From the NCBI GenBank assembly GCA_963769285.1, contig CAVYLE010000007.1, positions 270,709 through 334,708 of the forward strand: a stretch of DNA of 64,000 nt, written 5' to 3'. A program made the position numbers and the translations under genes. Origin of the DNA: an uncultured Verrucomicrobiae bacterium. GTDB taxonomy: Bacteria; Verrucomicrobiota; Verrucomicrobiia; Limisphaerales; UBA11358. The stretch's first letter is position 1; each line of letters starts with the position of its first letter. Positions 39,090-49,950 of the stretch are shown here, piece by piece. The notes under the pieces were generated by a model, which worked only from the letters and a program-made list of their open reading frames with translations, ran no database searches and was not told where the DNA came from.

Positions 39090-42000
39090 TCAGGTCCCGG
39101 CCGAGGATTTCATCGCGATTTCGCGCACCTGGCGCAAGTCCAGTTTACCGGTGCCGAGTTGGGGAAACGCTTCCACGCGGAAGAACTGGTCGGCGCGCGG
39201 CTTCCATAAATTCGGCAGGTCACATTGGGAAAGCTTTTCGAGGCAGGCCGGCAATTGCCCGTCCGCCAGTTTGTGCAGCACGACCAGGCGTTCGCCTTTT
39301 TTCTCGTCCGGCACGCCGGTGACAACAAATGTTTGTTCCGCCACGCCGGCCAGTTCGTGCAATTTTTCCTCCACTTTGATGTGCGGCACCATTTCGCCGC
39401 CGATTTTGCTGAAGCGGCTCAGGCGATCCGTGATTTGCAGGAAGCCGTCCTCGTCGATCGCCGCCACGTCGCCGGTGGTGTACCAGCCGTCGCGCAACAC
39501 CTCCGCGGTCTTTTCCGGCTGGCCGAGGTAGCCCTGCATGACGTTTGGCCCGCGCACGAGCAGCAGACCGGGCTGGCCGGTGGCCAGCGGCGCCTGAGTT
39601 TCCGGGTCAACGATGCGCACGGAAACGCCGGGGAGCGGATGGCCGATTTTGCCGCGTTTGGCACCGACTTGGCGGAAACCGGCGGAGCGGAAATCCGGGG
39701 TGTTCACCGTCACGGCCGGCGCACATTCGGTGCAGCCGTAGCCTTCCAGCGGTCGAATGCCGAAGCGTTCCTCGAACGCCGACGCCAGCCGGTCCGGCAA
39801 TTTCTCCGCCGCCGTCATGACCACGCGCAGGCTGCCGAAATCCTCCGCCGAACAACTGCGGAGGTAAAATTGCAGGAACGTGGGGGTGGCCAGGAGGAAG
39901 GTCACGCGGTAGTCGCGGACGAGCGGCCCGATGCTTTTGGCGTCGAGCGGATTCGGATAATACGCAACGCCGACACCCAGGACGGCGGGCAGACACAACG
40001 TGCCGGTGAAACCAAACGAATGAAAGAACGGCAGGATGCCGAGAAAGCAATCACGGCGGCTCACCCCGAACACCTGCTCCAGTTGCTCGATGTTCGAGCC
40101 GATGTTGTAATGGCTCAGCATCACCCCCTTGGGATCACCCGTGCTGCCGCTGGAGAAAATCACGGTGGCGAGATCGTCCAGACCGGTTTTCGTTTCGGCG
40201 CCCAGCACCCGTTGCACCACGCGATCCGGCACCAGCCACGCAATAAGGAATGCGGCGAGCTTCTCGCCGAAGCCCGGCGCGGCCGCCACTTCCTCCAGCA
40301 ACACCATTTCGCCCGGCAGCTCGAGCTTCAATTTTTCCAGAACCACCTTCGAGGTGACAATGGTTTTGATGTCGCATTGCCGGATGCACGAGGCGAGCGC
40401 TTCCTCGGACAAGGTGTAATTCAAGTTCACCGGCACCTTGCCCAGCAGCATCGCCGCGTGATTGACCAGGGCCCCGGGCACCGAGGGCGGCAGCAACATG
40501 CCAACCATCTTCTGTCCCGCCCAGATGCGTTTCAAACGCCGGGCCAGGAAAATGGTTCGCCCGAGTGCGGAATAAAAATTCACCTTCGGATTTAGCGCGT
40601 CAGCCATGGCAAAGCGCAGGGGATGTTTGCGCGCGGCATGCACGAAGGCGATGGGCAACGAACGCATCCGCGCCTTCCGGCCTTGCCATGCCTCGACGAG
40701 AAGCTTTTGCACCGCCGAGCGCACTTCGAACGGCGTCGCCGTGTGCGGCAGCGGCTGGCCGTAGTTGATGGTAACCGGGTATGGCAGCCGCCGCGGCAGC
40801 TTCCACAAAAACCGGCCCTTTTGAAAACTGAAGACACTGCCCCACACACCATCGAGCCCGACGGGAATGATCGGCGCCTCAACGTCTTTCATGATGCGCT
40901 CGAAACCGCGCCGGAACGGCAACAGCAGGCCGATGCGTGTAATCTGCCCCTCGGCAAAAATACAGACCACTTCGCCCGCGCGAATGGCGTCGCTGGCTGT
41001 TTGCAGCGCCTGGATCATCTCGCGCGGACGCTGTTCGGATGAAATTGGAATCACGCCGAGGATCCGGGCGAACGGCTTCATCCAGCGCTGTTCGTAAATG
41101 TCCTTGAACATCATGAATCGCACCTGCCGGTCGGTCGAAGCGAGCAGCAGCAGGGCGTCCACGAACGAAACGTGGTTGCAGACAAAGAGCGCGCCGCCCT
41201 TGGCGGGGATGTTATCGCGGCCCTGAATGCGAATCCGGTAAATCGTCCGCGTGAGCAGCCAGAGGATGAACCGCAGCAGGGCGTCGGGCAGCAGAAACAA
41301 AACGTAGATGGCGCCCGCCAGCGTCAACACGCCGCCGAAAAGAAAAATCTGGCCAGGCGACATGCCGGCCACGTCCGCCAGCAAATAATACGCGCCGGAC
41401 GCGAAAAAAATGCCCACGAACGAAAGCAGGTTCGCGGCTGCGAGCACCTCGCCTTTTTTCGCCGGGTCCGGCCGGTGTTGCAACAACGCCGCGATCGGCA
41501 CGATGAAAAAGCCGCCGGTGAACCCGAGCAATGACAGCTGGACGAGGGCGGCGTTCACGGACAAACCCGGCACGGACAGCCAGGCGGAAACCAGCGACAT
41601 GCCAAAGGCGCCGAGCGGCACAAGGCCGTATTCGATTTTCCCGCCGGAAAGATAACCGGCAGCCGCGCTACCCAGGCCGATGCCGAGCGCGAGGGCAATG
41701 CTCAACTGGCCAATGCCGATTTCGTCCAGGTGCAGAATTTGCGCGCCATAAAAGAACACATTCAACTGGAGCAACTGGCCCAGGAAGAAGAAATACGTAT
41801 TGCCGAGAAAGGCGAGGGTGAGTGCGCGGTCGCGGCGAACCAGCCGGAGTTGCGCGAACAAGTCGCTTAGAAAATTCGCGCGGAATTTCCGGCCGGGATC
41901 GGCGGCGGGCACGCGGGTGATGCCGAGGCTCGTGATGAAGCCGATGACCGCGAGCGCAATCAAAATGCTTCCCGACCAGGTTTGGTGTCCGTGAAAATGT

Positions 42001-42563
42001 TTCGACATCGAGGCCGCGGCGACGGTCCCGAGGATGATGGCCATAAATGTGCCGAGTTCGAGCAGGCCGTTGCCCCACGATAATTTCCGCTCCGGCAGCA
42101 ATTCCGGCAGGAGGCCGTATTTGGAGGGACCGAAGAACGAACTGTGGACGCCCATCAAAAATACGCAGCCCAACAGCATCGGAATCTGGTTCAACCAAAA
42201 GCCCGCTAGCGCGAGCAGCATCACGCCCATTTCAAAAATTTTCACGCTCACGCTGATGGTCCGCTTGCTGAAACGGTCGGCGAAAAAGCCGCCCGCCATC
42301 GAAAACAAAATGAACGGCAGTGAAAACAGGGCGGTGACGAGTTCGCCAACACGATGCAACTCGGTGGATGACACGTTCATGCCGAGAATCATGAACACGA
42401 CCAGCCACTTCAGGACATTGTCGCTGAACGCGCCCTGGAATTGAGTGACGATGAGACTCCAGAAGCCGCGAAGATTTGATTCGGATTGCCGGCTGATGTC
42501 TTTGGGTTTGGTCACGGCGGCAAAGCTAACCATTTGCGCGCCGAATTGTGAATTGAAAAACAT
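39090..42563 (-). CDS. aas: Triple fusion: LplT-like MFS lysophospholipid transporter + PlsC-type acyltransferase + acyl-ACP/CoA synthetase (Aas-like)
   Basis: About 12 TM helices at the N-terminus. The middle has [12 protein letters not shown] (HX4D) and FAEG. The C-terminus has AMP-binding motifs [22 protein letters not shown] and TGD...DEDGFL.I.DR. Confidence 0.85.
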   Translation of the reverse strand: MFFNSQFGAQMVSFAAVTKPKDISRQSESNLRGFWSLIVTQFQGAFSDNVLKWLVVFMILGMNVSSTELHRVGELVTALFSLPFILFSMAGGFFADRFSKRTISVSVKIFEMGVMLLALAGFWLNQIPMLLGCVFLMGVHSSFFGPSKYGLLPELLPERKLSWGNGLLELGTFMAIILGTVAAASMSKHFHGHQTWSGSILIALAVIGFITSLGITRVPAADPGRKFRANFLSDLFAQLRLVRRDRALTLAFLGNTYFFFLGQLLQLNVFFYGAQILHLDEIGIGQLSIALALGIGLGSAAAGYLSGGKIEYGLVPLGAFGMSLVSAWLSVPGLSVNAALVQLSLLGFTGGFFIVPIAALLQHRPDPAKKGEVLAAANLLSFVGIFFASGAYYLLADVAGMSPGQIFLFGGVLTLAGAIYVLFLLPDALLRFILWLLTRTIYRIRIQGRDNIPAKGGALFVCNHVSFVDALLLLASTDRQVRFMMFKDIYEQRWMKPFARILGVIPISSEQRPREMIQALQTASDAIRAGEVVCIFAEGQITRIGLLLPFRRGFERIMKDVEAPIIPVGLDGVWGSVFSFQKGRFLWKLPRRLPYPVTINYGQPLPHTATPFEVRSAVQKLLVEAWQGRKARMRSLPIAFVHAARKHPLRFAMADALNPKVNFYSALGRTIFLARRLKRIWAGQKMVGMLLPPSVPGALVNHAAMLLGKVPVNLNYTLSEEALASCIRQCDIKTIVTSKVVLEKLKLELPGEMVLLEEVAAAPGFGEKLAAFLIAWLVPDRVVQRVLGAETKTGLDDLATVIFSSGSTGDPKGVMLSHYNIGSNIEQLEQVFGVSRRDCFLGILPFFHSFGFTGTLCLPAVLGVGVAYYPNPLDAKSIGPLVRDYRVTFLLATPTFLQFYLRSCSAEDFGSLRVVMTAAEKLPDRLASAFEERFGIRPLEGYGCTECAPAVTVNTPDFRSAGFRQVGAKRGKIGHPLPGVSVRIVDPETQAPLATGQPGLLLVRGPNVMQGYLGQPEKTAEVLRDGWYTTGDVAAIDEDGFLQITDRLSRFSKIGGEMVPHIKVEEKLHELAGVAEQTFVVTGVPDEKKGERLVVLHKLADGQLPACLEKLSQCDLPNLWKPRADQFFRVEAFPQLGTGKLDLRQVREIAMKSSAGT

Positions 42564-42958
42564 TTACCCGGCATCGTTTGCAGCGATGGATGAAAGAAAA
42601 GACCAGTGACTAATGTCCGGCTCCGGCATTTAACCGCAAATGGATGCAAATACGCGGGGATTTCCTGGATTTTTGAACTTTTCCGCAGCCACTCGAATAT
42701 AGGGGGAAATATCCCGCTTGGGCTTGATGAACAATGCAAGTCGTTCTCCAAGGTTCTTAAGGCAGAGTAATATAAATAGCTGGCAGGCAGCGCCGCCCCA
42801 CCCATGCATTGATTCTCTCTGGGAATTGGTATGAGATGCAGTTTTGTCAATTCTTTGGCATGAACGGTGCTGTTTTTCTTAAGTTCAGTAAGGGTACCTG
42901 TAGCCTGAGTTGTGCCCTTACATTTTGGTGATTTGACCCATAAAATGGGATAAGAGCC

Positions 42959-44776
42959 ATGAAAATCAATAGAACAATCCTTTTTGTCGAGGACGACGCA
43001 GTTGTGCTGACGACGTATCGGAATCTGCTCCAGCGGGAGGGATTTCGCATCGAGTCTGCGCAAGATGGGTTGGAGGCTCTCAAGGCTCTTTCTCAGGCCA
43101 CGCCCGATCTGGTCGTGCTCGACCTGATGTTGCCCAAGTTTGACGGTGCGGATGTGCTCAAATTCATACGCGCCGACCCCCGGCTGAAAGTCGTTCCAAT
43201 CATTATATTTTCTAACGCTCAAATTGCAGATTTTGCTGAGGACGCGATTACCAGGCAATTGCGCAAAACCGATTGCACGCCCTCCATACTGGTTCAAACC
43301 ATTCAGGAAATGTTGGTTGCCGCACCCGCCGGCGCCACCAGCGCCGGCGATGCGGTTCGAGCTGATTACGCACCCGCAATCAAATTACACATGGCTGACG
43401 GTTCGGCTGCTGAGCACGACGAGGACACGACCGAAGAGCCCGCCGACGAAACTTCGCCCACAAAAGGGCGTGCGGAATTTTTAAAAGACGCGCCAGCGGA
43501 CATCGCGAAGGTTCGCGAGCATTGCCTCGCATATATTAAGGCGCCTACTTCTGTGACCAAGCTGGAGCCGCTCTCTCAGGCAGTGCATTCCCTGAGCGCC
43601 AACGCCAGCAAAGCCGGTTGCGCCCGCATAGCATTGCTGACGAAGGCGTTCGACATGTTGCTCTCCAAAATCGCATCCAAGCCTGCGCGAGTTACACCTT
43701 CCATAATGCAAACTCTGGCTGAGGCGGCGGATTGCCTGGGTATTTTGTTGAAAAGCGACGAAGTTGGTTCTACCGAAGCTGCGCCAAGGGCCAAAGTGCT
43801 GGCAGTGGACGATGACACCGTTTGCAACCATGTGATCGTCAACACGTTGAAACGGGCCAACCTCGACATCGTAAGCGTCGAAGACCCTTTGGAAGGCCTG
43901 AAACTGCTGCAGGCCAACCATTACGACCTGGTGCTGCTGGACATTGACATGCCCAAGTTGACTGGCTTTGAAGTGTGTGAGAAATTGCGCGCTTTGCCTC
44001 ATTATAAGACAACACCTGTCATTTTCGTCACTGCCCATAGCAATTTTGGGAACCGCACGCAGGGAGTGCTCAGCGGCGGCAACTATTTCATCACCAAACC
44101 GGTTGACCCATTGGAACTGGCACTCAAAGTAACCATTCACCTGTTCAAAGCCCAGGTGCAACACGCCAGCGCGTCACAAGCGGAAACAAAACCAGATGTC
44201 AAACCACAAGCAATCAATGCCCCTGAAATCGCGCCCAAACCCCCGATTCCAACTCAAGCCAGCCAGCAAATGAACGGCAACGGCAGCATGAATGGCAACG
44301 GGAAGAACGGGGATTCCTCCGGTGTGCCATTGCCCACAACTCAACCACGAGCAGTCAATGCCCCGGAAATTGTGCCCAAACCTCCAATCCCGATCCAGAC
44401 CACCCCGTCCAGGAACGGCAGGGGGAACGAGACGCCAGCCGTGCCCGCTCTGAGTGTGGCGCCATCGGTGGCGTCGCCAAGGGCTTCAATCAAGCCACGT
44501 GCAGCCAATAATATCTTAAAAGTCATGCCACCCCTCAGCTCGGCCCCCGACCTCGACGAAACTGGCACGCTGAATGTTAGTAAAATGTCAGGCAGCAGTA
44601 ATCGAAACAGAATTATGAACAACGAACAAGACGAAGCATTCGAGAAAATCGTCGTCGCGGTGGTGCGAATCATCTTTGGGGACGACAATTTAACGGAAAT
44701 GAACGTCCGCCTGGTGCGCATTGCACTGGAGCGTTACAACGTCCATGAGGTCGTTAATTCTCCTGTCGTAGCGTAA
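42959..44776 (+). CDS. Response-regulator-type protein, REC - Hpt-like - REC, with Pro-rich repeat tail
   Basis: REC1: ILFVEDD...DLVVLDLMLPKFDG...IIIFS. Hpt-like: LSQAVHSLSANASKAG. REC2: VLAVDDD...DLVLLDIDMPKLTG...VIFVTA. Duplicated segment: (A/V)(I/V)NAPEI(A/V)PKPPIP. Confidence 0.8.
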   Translation: MKINRTILFVEDDAVVLTTYRNLLQREGFRIESAQDGLEALKALSQATPDLVVLDLMLPKFDGADVLKFIRADPRLKVVPIIIFSNAQIADFAEDAITRQLRKTDCTPSILVQTIQEMLVAAPAGATSAGDAVRADYAPAIKLHMADGSAAEHDEDTTEEPADETSPTKGRAEFLKDAPADIAKVREHCLAYIKAPTSVTKLEPLSQAVHSLSANASKAGCARIALLTKAFDMLLSKIASKPARVTPSIMQTLAEAADCLGILLKSDEVGSTEAAPRAKVLAVDDDTVCNHVIVNTLKRANLDIVSVEDPLEGLKLLQANHYDLVLLDIDMPKLTGFEVCEKLRALPHYKTTPVIFVTAHSNFGNRTQGVLSGGNYFITKPVDPLELALKVTIHLFKAQVQHASASQAETKPDVKPQAINAPEIAPKPPIPTQASQQMNGNGSMNGNGKNGDSSGVPLPTTQPRAVNAPEIVPKPPIPIQTTPSRNGRGNETPAVPALSVAPSVASPRASIKPRAANNILKVMPPLSSAPDLDETGTLNVSKMSGSSNRNRIMNNEQDEAFEKIVVAVVRIIFGDDNLTEMNVRLVRIALERYNVHEVVNSPVVA

Positions 44777-44992
44777 GGGGTTATATCATGGATTTGTACC
44801 GTCAATTCCGCCCGCAAGGGGAATGCGAAACAGGTTGCACTCAATCATCAGATTGGGGGCAGCCGCTCTGTCTGGTTGACGGAGCCTTGAATGTTTCTTT
44901 CTGCCCTGCTTTCCTGCCAACGTGAGTTCCCCGGCATTCATCTGTGCCTGCCATCGAAAAACAAAACCAGCCTCCAGCCAGCTGGCATACCG

Positions 44993-45313
44993 TCAACCCG
45001 GCGTATCCGGAGCCAGAAAAGTTCCTGTCTCCTGAACTCGCGTTGCCCCCTGCAATATTTCTTTTGGATCAGCGAGACCCAAGCCCGGTCCCTTGGGCAC
45101 GGTGATGGTGCCATCCGCTATGCGTAGTGGTGGACTGAACCATTGGCCGTAGGTTTCCACACCCTTCTTATATTCCTGCCACGGCCCGATTTTCGGTGTG
45201 CAGGAAGCAAAGCGGTAAACACCGAACAAATGCTCCTCCAGGTCACGCACGTCCTTGCCGATGAAATAGGGAATGACCAGTTGGTTCCGTTTAAAGATCC
45301 GTTGGCGATTCAT
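44993..45313 (-). pseudogene. Possible relic of an enolase-superfamily gene (N-terminal-like piece joined to a C-terminal piece)
   Basis: LVIPYFIGKDVRDLEEHLF resembles the capping-domain segment of the family. RIADGTITVPKGPGLGLADPKEIL resembles its typical C-terminal end. No barrel domain lies between them. Pattern-based only. Confidence 0.3.
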
Positions 45314-46586
45314 TGACCACGCCATCGAGCATTGCGCTGGCCCGTTTTTCGTCAAAGGCTTTTTCCCATCGGGCCACGACGATGGTGGCGATGCCATTGC
45401 CAATCAGGTTGGTCACCGCCCGCGCGGCGTTGACGAAGCGGTCAATGCCGACCAGCAACACCAGGCCGGCCACGGGTATTTTGTCCATCGAAGCCAGCGT
45501 GGCGGCGAGGGCGATAAATCCGGCGCCGGCCACTCCCGCCGACCCCTTGGACGTGAACAGGCAGACGGCCAGGACGATCAACTGTTCGCTCAGCGTCAGC
45601 GGCGTGTTGGTGGCCTGCGCGATAAAGATGGCACCCATCGTCAGATAGATGGATGAACCATCGGCATTGAAGGTATAGCCCGCCGGCAGGACCAGACCCA
45701 CGACCGGCTTGGCACACCCCAGTTGCTCCAGCTTGACCATCATCCGCGGCAGCACGGCTTCCGACGATGCGGTGGCGAAGGTGATCAGGATTTCATCCTT
45801 GAAGAAATTGAGATATTTCCAGAGCGAGATGCGGTTCATCCGGGCGATGGTGCCGAGAATCAGGAAGATAAAGATCGCGCTGGTGAGATATACGCCGCAA
45901 ATCAGCTTGCCGAAGGAGCCCAGGGTACCGACGCCGTATTTCCCGATGGTAAAGGCCATAGCTCCGAACGCGGCCAGCGGGGCCAGATACATGACAAAAC
46001 GCACGATGCCGAACAGGCCGTGCAGGACGGAATCAATCACCTCCACGATTACTTTTCCCCGGTCGGGAAGCTGCGCCAACGCCAGCCCGAACAGCACCGA
46101 AACCAGAATGATCTGGAGCATGTTGCCTTTGACAAAAGCATCCGCAAAGCTGGAAGGGATGATGTCCATTAAAAAACTGACGGTGTCCTGTTGTTTGGCG
46201 GCCGTGGTATAGGTGGCGAGCGACCTGGCATCCAGCGTGGCGGCATCAATGTTCATCCCCACACCCGGTTTCATGACGTTTACCACCACAAGCCCGATGG
46301 CCAGTGCCAGCGTCGAAACGATTTCAAAATAGATCAGCGCCTTGATGCCGACCCGGCCCACCTCCTTCAGGTTTCCCATTCTCGCAATGCCGACGACCAC
46401 CGTGCCGAAGATGATTGGCGCAAGCAGCATCTTGATGAGCTTGATGAAACCGTCGCCGAGCGGCTTGAGCGGTTCGCCGAAGCCGGGCCAGCAATAGCCG
46501 ACAGCGATACCCAGCAGGAAGCCGAGGAGCACTTGAAAATAAAGCTGACCCAACAAACTTGTTCTTTTGCCCGTGGCAGTATCCAT
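45291..46586 (-). CDS. dctA: Dicarboxylate/amino acid:cation symporter (DctA-type C4-dicarboxylate transporter)
   Basis: LYFQVLLGFLLGIAVG..., FIKLIKMLLAPIIFGTVVVGIA, TASSEAVLP and GAGFIALAATL are typical DAACS motifs. Confidence 0.9.
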   Translation of the reverse strand: MDTATGKRTSLLGQLYFQVLLGFLLGIAVGYCWPGFGEPLKPLGDGFIKLIKMLLAPIIFGTVVVGIARMGNLKEVGRVGIKALIYFEIVSTLALAIGLVVVNVMKPGVGMNIDAATLDARSLATYTTAAKQQDTVSFLMDIIPSSFADAFVKGNMLQIILVSVLFGLALAQLPDRGKVIVEVIDSVLHGLFGIVRFVMYLAPLAAFGAMAFTIGKYGVGTLGSFGKLICGVYLTSAIFIFLILGTIARMNRISLWKYLNFFKDEILITFATASSEAVLPRMMVKLEQLGCAKPVVGLVLPAGYTFNADGSSIYLTMGAIFIAQATNTPLTLSEQLIVLAVCLFTSKGSAGVAGAGFIALAATLASMDKIPVAGLVLLVGIDRFVNAARAVTNLIGNGIATIVVARWEKAFDEKRASAMLDGVVNESPTDL

Positions 46587-46599
46587 GGTCGTTTTGGGT

Positions 46600-47766
46600 T
46601 CAGTCGCTGACCGATTTCATCAACTTGAATAGTTCGGCCTTGGTTTCAAACCCGACGCCGGGAACTTCTGGCAATCCCACATAGCCATTCTCAACGGCGA
46701 TGCCATCGGCAAAACCGCCGAACGGCTGGAAGATGCCCGGATACGATTCATTTCCGCCCAGGTGCAGGCCGGCGGCAATGTTGAGCGACATCTGATGGCC
46801 GCCGTGCGGCACGACCCGCCGCGTGGACCAGCCATGCTGCTTCAGCACCTCCAGGGTGCGCAGGTATTCGACCAGGCCGTAGGACAGCGCACAGTCGAAT
46901 TGCAACCAGTCGCGTTCCGGGTTCATGCCGCCGTGGCGGATCAAATTGCGGGCGTCCTGGTGTGAGAAAAGATTTTCGCCCGTGGCCATCGGCAAGGGAT
47001 AGTGTTTGGAGAGTTCCGCCTGCAGGGCGTAGTCGAGCGGATCACCGGCCTCTTCATACCAAAACAGCTTGTAAGGCTTCATCGCTTCGCCGTAGGCAAT
47101 GGCGGTGTCGAGATCGAACCGGCCATTGGCATCCACCGCCAGGAATTTTCCGTCGCCCACCACCTCCAGCACCGCCTCGATGCGGCTGAGATCCTCGTCG
47201 AGCGGAGCACCGCCGATTTTCATCTTCACCACTTGGTAGCCGAGGTCGCGATAGCGCTTCATCTCGTTCTTCAGGGCGGTCAGGTCCTTGCCGGGGTAAT
47301 AATAACCGCCCGCGGCGTAGATCCAGACCTTGTCGTCCGCCTTGCCGCCGCGATAACGATCCGCCAACAACCGATAAAGCGGCTGGCCCGCAATCTTGGC
47401 CACAGCGTCCCACACCGCCATGTCAATGGCCCCCATCGCCACCGACCGTTCGCCATGTCCGCCCGGCTTCTCGTTTTTCATCAGCGTGGTCCAGATGCGA
47501 AACGGGTCCAGATTTTCACCAGTCTCGTCCGCCAGCGTTTTGGGATCGGCGGCCATCAGGCGGGGAAAGAACCGTTCGCGCATCAACGCGCCCTGGCCAT
47601 AGCGGCCGTTGGAGTTGAAGCCATACCCCACCACCGGTTTGCCCTCGCGCACCACGTCGGTGATCAGCGCGACCACCGAGCACGTCATCCTGGAGAAATC
47701 GATGTACGCGTTGGTGATGGCCGAAACGATGGAAACGGTCTTTTCGCGGATTTCGATAATGCGCAT
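46600..47766 (-). CDS. Enolase-superfamily dehydratase, D-tartrate dehydratase (TarD)-like
   Basis: Long stretches match the TarD sequence as I recall it: GYGFNSNGRYGQG, NEKPGGHGERSVA.GAIDMAVWD, VKMKIGGAP, LAVDANGRF, LFWYEE.GDPLDYALQA, MATGENLFSHQDARNL, DWLQFDCALSYGL, PHGGHQMSLNIAAGL.LGGNESYP. Adjacent to dctA. Confidence 0.78.
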   Translation of the reverse strand: MRIIEIREKTVSIVSAITNAYIDFSRMTCSVVALITDVVREGKPVVGYGFNSNGRYGQGALMRERFFPRLMAADPKTLADETGENLDPFRIWTTLMKNEKPGGHGERSVAMGAIDMAVWDAVAKIAGQPLYRLLADRYRGGKADDKVWIYAAGGYYYPGKDLTALKNEMKRYRDLGYQVVKMKIGGAPLDEDLSRIEAVLEVVGDGKFLAVDANGRFDLDTAIAYGEAMKPYKLFWYEEAGDPLDYALQAELSKHYPLPMATGENLFSHQDARNLIRHGGMNPERDWLQFDCALSYGLVEYLRTLEVLKQHGWSTRRVVPHGGHQMSLNIAAGLHLGGNESYPGIFQPFGGFADGIAVENGYVGLPEVPGVGFETKAELFKLMKSVSD

Positions 47767-48125
47767 TTTATTTCTCCGTGATTAAACCGGGTTCAGCGAT
47801 AGAAAACAGGCATTGGTTGCAATGGGTCTCAAGCTCATGGTCCGACCCCATGAGACACCGCGCCGAAGAAAAAAACAATGAAAGTTTATCCCGGCGGTTT
47901 CGCCGGGAAAACCTTGCGTGAACGGTGCCTTCGACCGGCGCTGTCCGGCCGGTTATTGGGAAACCGGTGGGGTTACGGCAGGGACGCTGTTGGTCCGGCG
48001 AATCATTGCGTCCGGCTTGTCGAACAGTTCGTCTGCGCCGAGGTGTTTGAGCACGAAACGTTGGTGATTGGTTCCGGTTCGTTCAGGTCAAGCGTTTGTC
48101 ATTGTTTCCTGTGTCCCCCAGCAGG

Positions 48126-49546
48126 CTATCGCAGCGCAGTTTTGAGGAGTTCGCGCGGATAGACGGAGGAGTTGGGAATCTTATTTGTCCCCGCCTGATC
48201 CGGTTCGCCCGGGAACCGGAAGGCATCAAGCTTCTTCACCAACCCGCTGCCGGGTTGCAGGCTCGCAACAAAGGCGTCCCATTCGCCGCCCCGCTGCTTA
48301 TCCTGACTGCTGCGCCACAGGCAGTACTGCGTCAGTCTATCCCCGGTCAAAGCCACCCTGCCAAAATGCTTTTTTTGATATGATTTGTCGGCTTGTGCCC
48401 AACTGGCATAACAAGAAAATGGGAAATGGGACGCATTCGTTCTGCCCTCGATGTCGGTATCCCAAACCACCTGCTTGAGCGCCTTGTCCCACCGGCCATT
48501 GCAGTAAACCGGAGCCGATGGCAGCGACAACCGGACGGCCAGATGATCGGGTTGTCCGAACAGATCGAATTCAACCAGGTTCCCGACCTCATCGTTCACT
48601 ACCTCCGATGGCTCCGGCCGTTTGGTGTCCGGCTTCAATTTCTTGTCCTCCTCCCATTGCTTGAGCTTGGCACGGTAGAGATCCGTATCGGCGAGGTATT
48701 TATCAAACGATTTATCCATCGCGGTTTCGTCGACAAGAAAGGCGAGTGATGCGGGCACGGGTTCGGATTCCGGCACACCCATTTTGTTCGCCACCAGTCG
48801 TTGAATCCGGCGCAACAGCACCTGCGGGTCATCTCCTGACGCAGCTCTGAACAGGCCGGGAATTTCTGCGACCGTGAAATAGCCGCGTTCGAGGAGGTAT
48901 TGGCCAAACCGGACGGTAAATTCCTCGCTCGCATTGGTTTTGTAGCTGCTGGCAAGCTGCCCTTCCCAGCAATACGCGCCGAGGTTCTTGAGATCGCGCC
49001 GAAAATTCACGTCCAGGAATTGACGCAACTTGTCGTAGCCGGGTTCCCGACCCAACTCCATCTGGCTCCAGCCAGCGATCAGATCCGCCAACCGGTCGGC
49101 AGCCTTGAAGCGTTGTTCGGACATGCCAGCCAGATCGTCATTGCCGCGGAACCGCTCCACGTAGAAGCCCGCCTCGCCCAGGCTGGTGGTCAGGTTGGTA
49201 TAAGTGCCCGCGCCGCCGATATCGCGCGGCAGTTCATTGGTGAACACACCCCGGACAACGTGACGTCCGCCGGCGTTGGTCGGACCGGCGCCGGATACAA
49301 AGCGGTGACGGCCGCAAGTTCGCCCGCTTCAAAGGGCTGGTAATTGGGCGCGCCCGTGTTTGTGTTCACGCCATCCTCACGATAAAAGACCAGCGTTCGC
49401 TCGATGCCGTCGCCCTGCGGTTTGAGTTGGACAAGGTACTGGTTGTGCGGACAGCCCGTCACCACGAGTGCCATCGCCGCCAGAACAAAAGGCAGGCATT
49501 TATAAAGTGACTGCTTCCCTCGCATAATGATTCGTCGTTTTTTCAT
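48126..49546 (-). pseudogene. Lipoprotein gene with a single frame change near 49245-49255
   Basis: ORF 49190..49546 has signal peptide + lipobox (LVVTGC). ORF 48126..49247 continues collinearly (...SGV | FTNELPRDIGGAG...). The junction lies in tccggggtgtgttcacc, where removing one tg/gt restores the frame. Confidence 0.6.
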
Positions 49547-49726
49547 AAATATTTTTCGCTGCCGTCCCGATTGGCGTTGCGCTGGCTGGAATTCGAATTA
49601 CAGAGCACACGCATCACTTCCCAATCGGTTCGGACTGGCGTTTGCCGTTATTTCGACCGCGCCGTCATAACACCGGCCCTTCATAAAGACAAAGCGAAAT
49701 CGGCGGACAAAATGGATCACCTGAAT

Positions 49727-49835
49727 CTGATTTTCGATTTACGATATACGATTTACGCGATGCACGGGGATTGTGGAAGACCTCGTAAATCGAATATCGT
49801 ATATCGTAAATTCAGTCAGAGCCTCCTTGCCGGCT
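49727..49835. repeat. Inverted 'cgatttacgat' repeat plus a 'tcagtcagagcctccttgcc' module upstream of the kinase gene
   Basis: Arms cgatttacgatatacgatttacg and cgtaaatcgaatatcgtatatcgtaaa. A related unit (cgatttacgatttcggatttgtagtcagagcctccttacc) occurs at about 25517-25560. Confidence 0.5.
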
Positions 49836-49950
49836 CTTTTGGGTGGAAACGTTTTGAATGGTGCGGATGCGATTGTGCTGGAACGACGAGCGGCTTTTGG
49901 CTCGCGCCAGCGGGCTTGGCTGCTACAGTCCTGCCGGTATTTCGTGCCCG

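Noticed and set aside
39225-40595. 456-aa plus-strand ORF (also 38162..39322, 41172..41534 and others) antisense to the aas-fusion and acyltransferase genes
   Set aside because: These are shadow ORFs with low-complexity R/A/G/H-rich sequence. The minus strand has unambiguous AMP-binding and HX4D motifs.
42512-43297. 261-aa minus-strand ORF spanning the divergent promoter region and the start of the response-regulator gene
   Set aside because: It covers the AT-rich intergenic region and overlaps REC1 antisense. It has no recognisable domain and atypical composition.
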